From: Amphiscolops sp. MND2022 | Lineage: Eukaryota | DNA: 64,000 nt | Direction of reading: 5' to 3' | Assembly: GCA_964187785.1 (NCBI GenBank) | Contig: OZ076414.1 | Location: 47,926,001-47,990,000, forward strand | Shown: positions 62,533 to 64,000 of the stretch, piece after piece | Numbering within the stretch: position 1 is the stretch's first letter | How the letters are laid out: the number at the start of each line of letters is the position of its first letter | The notes under the pieces: generated by a model | The model's input: only the letters and a program-made list of their open reading frames with translations | Told to the model about the DNA's origin: nothing | The model's database searches: none | Program-made: the position numbers and the translations under genes

Positions 62533-64000
62533 CTGAAAAGATTGCTAATGAAAAAGGATCCTAGATAGGTCGACCTATCTAGGCTTACTCTCTTAGAAAG
62601 TCTTTGAAAAAGTCTTACTAATACCAAAAGTTGTCACCCAATCGTTTTACACATCATCTAATAGAGGAAAAAGGCATAAATATCAGTAATTAGATCTCAC
62701 ATAAAAAAGAACAAAAGTAAAAAGAAAAGACAAAGTTTGTAGTAACATATCCTGTCACACAATGAGCAGCGGTTCAACTGTTCGTTATGAAAGTTCAATC
62801 TGTAGTCTGTAAACATGGTAAGGATTTTGTTCAACAAAATGAAGTGAAAGTGATGTTCTCAAGTAGGGATAGGTAATCGCCTCAGTGTAGCAATGGGTTG
62901 ATTGAACATCCAGGTTTCTGTACGATCTTCAACATCTCTCGGTCGTCGGTCGTTTGCAAGAAAATTTTTCTGAATGTGTGCCAGCGGCCATTGCTGAGGT
63001 CTTTCTTTGTACTCAGAGCACATCGTTCACTTTGAAATTCTCAGTACCGTTGGTCCATTTCTTTGTCTCGCAAAAGCTTCACTGCTTTTATTATCCGCTG
63101 GAATTCCTGGAAACGTGCTGGTTTATTTCAAACGGTTCTCATCAGTAGTGGGTTCAAATTCATCAACTGGCCTATCAGAAAAAGACCGTGCAGTAGGTAA
63201 AGCAACGACAACATTCGGATCCTCGGACATTGCAAGTGAGTGGTCTCAAATTTATCATGCTTTCATTTTGGGCCAGCTCAAGTATGTTTGGGTCAATCGT
63301 CTCATTTTTCGGTGAAGATTGTGCTTTATTGTCTTTATAGCCGATCCCCAAACAACACCAAAATAGAGTGCACGAAATAGAATCTAAAACTAATTGGTGC
63401 CAAAATGGCTCTCTGAGCTTTGGAAAAAGTCTCATTGAACAGCGTCATCATGAAATAAGTTGTGAGTTTTTCCTGCTCAGGAAGTGTTTGAGAAGAAGCG
63501 ACCAAATTTAGAGCGTCATCAGAGAATATTTTCGATGCCCTACCACGCCTTGCAAAACACGTATAACAAGAGCAATACATTCAGCTTCGTTCATTGACAA
63601 AATTGTTTCAAAATTGCATGCTTTCGTGCTCAAGCAAACGAAACTGTAGACATGCTTTGAACCAATTCACAGAGCCGATTGCTGCTCATTTCATTTGACA
63701 TTACTACGGGTTCCATCACTTCACATCGATCAATGGGAGGCGTCTTTAGTTCGTGGATTATTTGATGCATCCGTTCGTCCATAACGTTCCTCTAGGTCCG
63801 CAAGAAACGAGACTCTTTCTATTTACTTCTTGATAGTCGGTCGACGCCCTGTTTTTACTTCTGTCTGAGACCTTGGGTGGCTTTGTGTTAGTTTTCATTC
63901 TCCAATTGATTAAAAAGGCGTTAATTTTTCATATTGGAATCGCAACTGTTGAGATTTTTAGGTGAATCGACTGAATGTTGCTTGCTCGTTGCTAATGAGT

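Noticed and set aside
62900-64000. Possible degenerate DNA-transposon ORF (QKNFLAND-like motif) or upstream receptor exons
   Set aside because: Many stops, only one weak motif, no phase-compatible transmembrane exon found.

Overview
Eukaryotic, AT-rich, transposon-dense animal DNA. An invertebrate such as an acoel is my unverified impression from the repeat families. About 50 kb is Ty3/Gypsy LTR retrotransposon. (1) A nested pair of very large Gypsy elements: outer E1 (877-27840, + strand, GTATT target-site duplication, internally deleted) carries inner E2 (6051-22454, - strand, about 16.4 kb, 2.67-kb LTRs). Their LTRs show no similarity to each other that I could see, yet they share one layout: pol, then an antisense intron-containing gene for a zinc-finger protein that looks like a catalytically dead hAT transposase, a divergent promoter, a sense ORF running into the 3' LTR, and a long Gag leader encoded inside the LTR. 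(2) A 5'-truncated Gypsy (28180-31203) whose putative 3' LTR plus flank is amplified into a 356-bp x6 tandem array. (3) A tandemly duplicated short-LTR Gypsy (two near-complete copies, a gag fragment, five LTRs, 36750-51219), one copy keeping a 994-aa Gag-PR-RT-RH ORF. The last 12 kb holds MITEs, minisatellites, two abutting long palindromes and three phase-compatible exons of a probable host 7TM receptor gene on the minus strand. All alignments were made by eye; no databases were searched.
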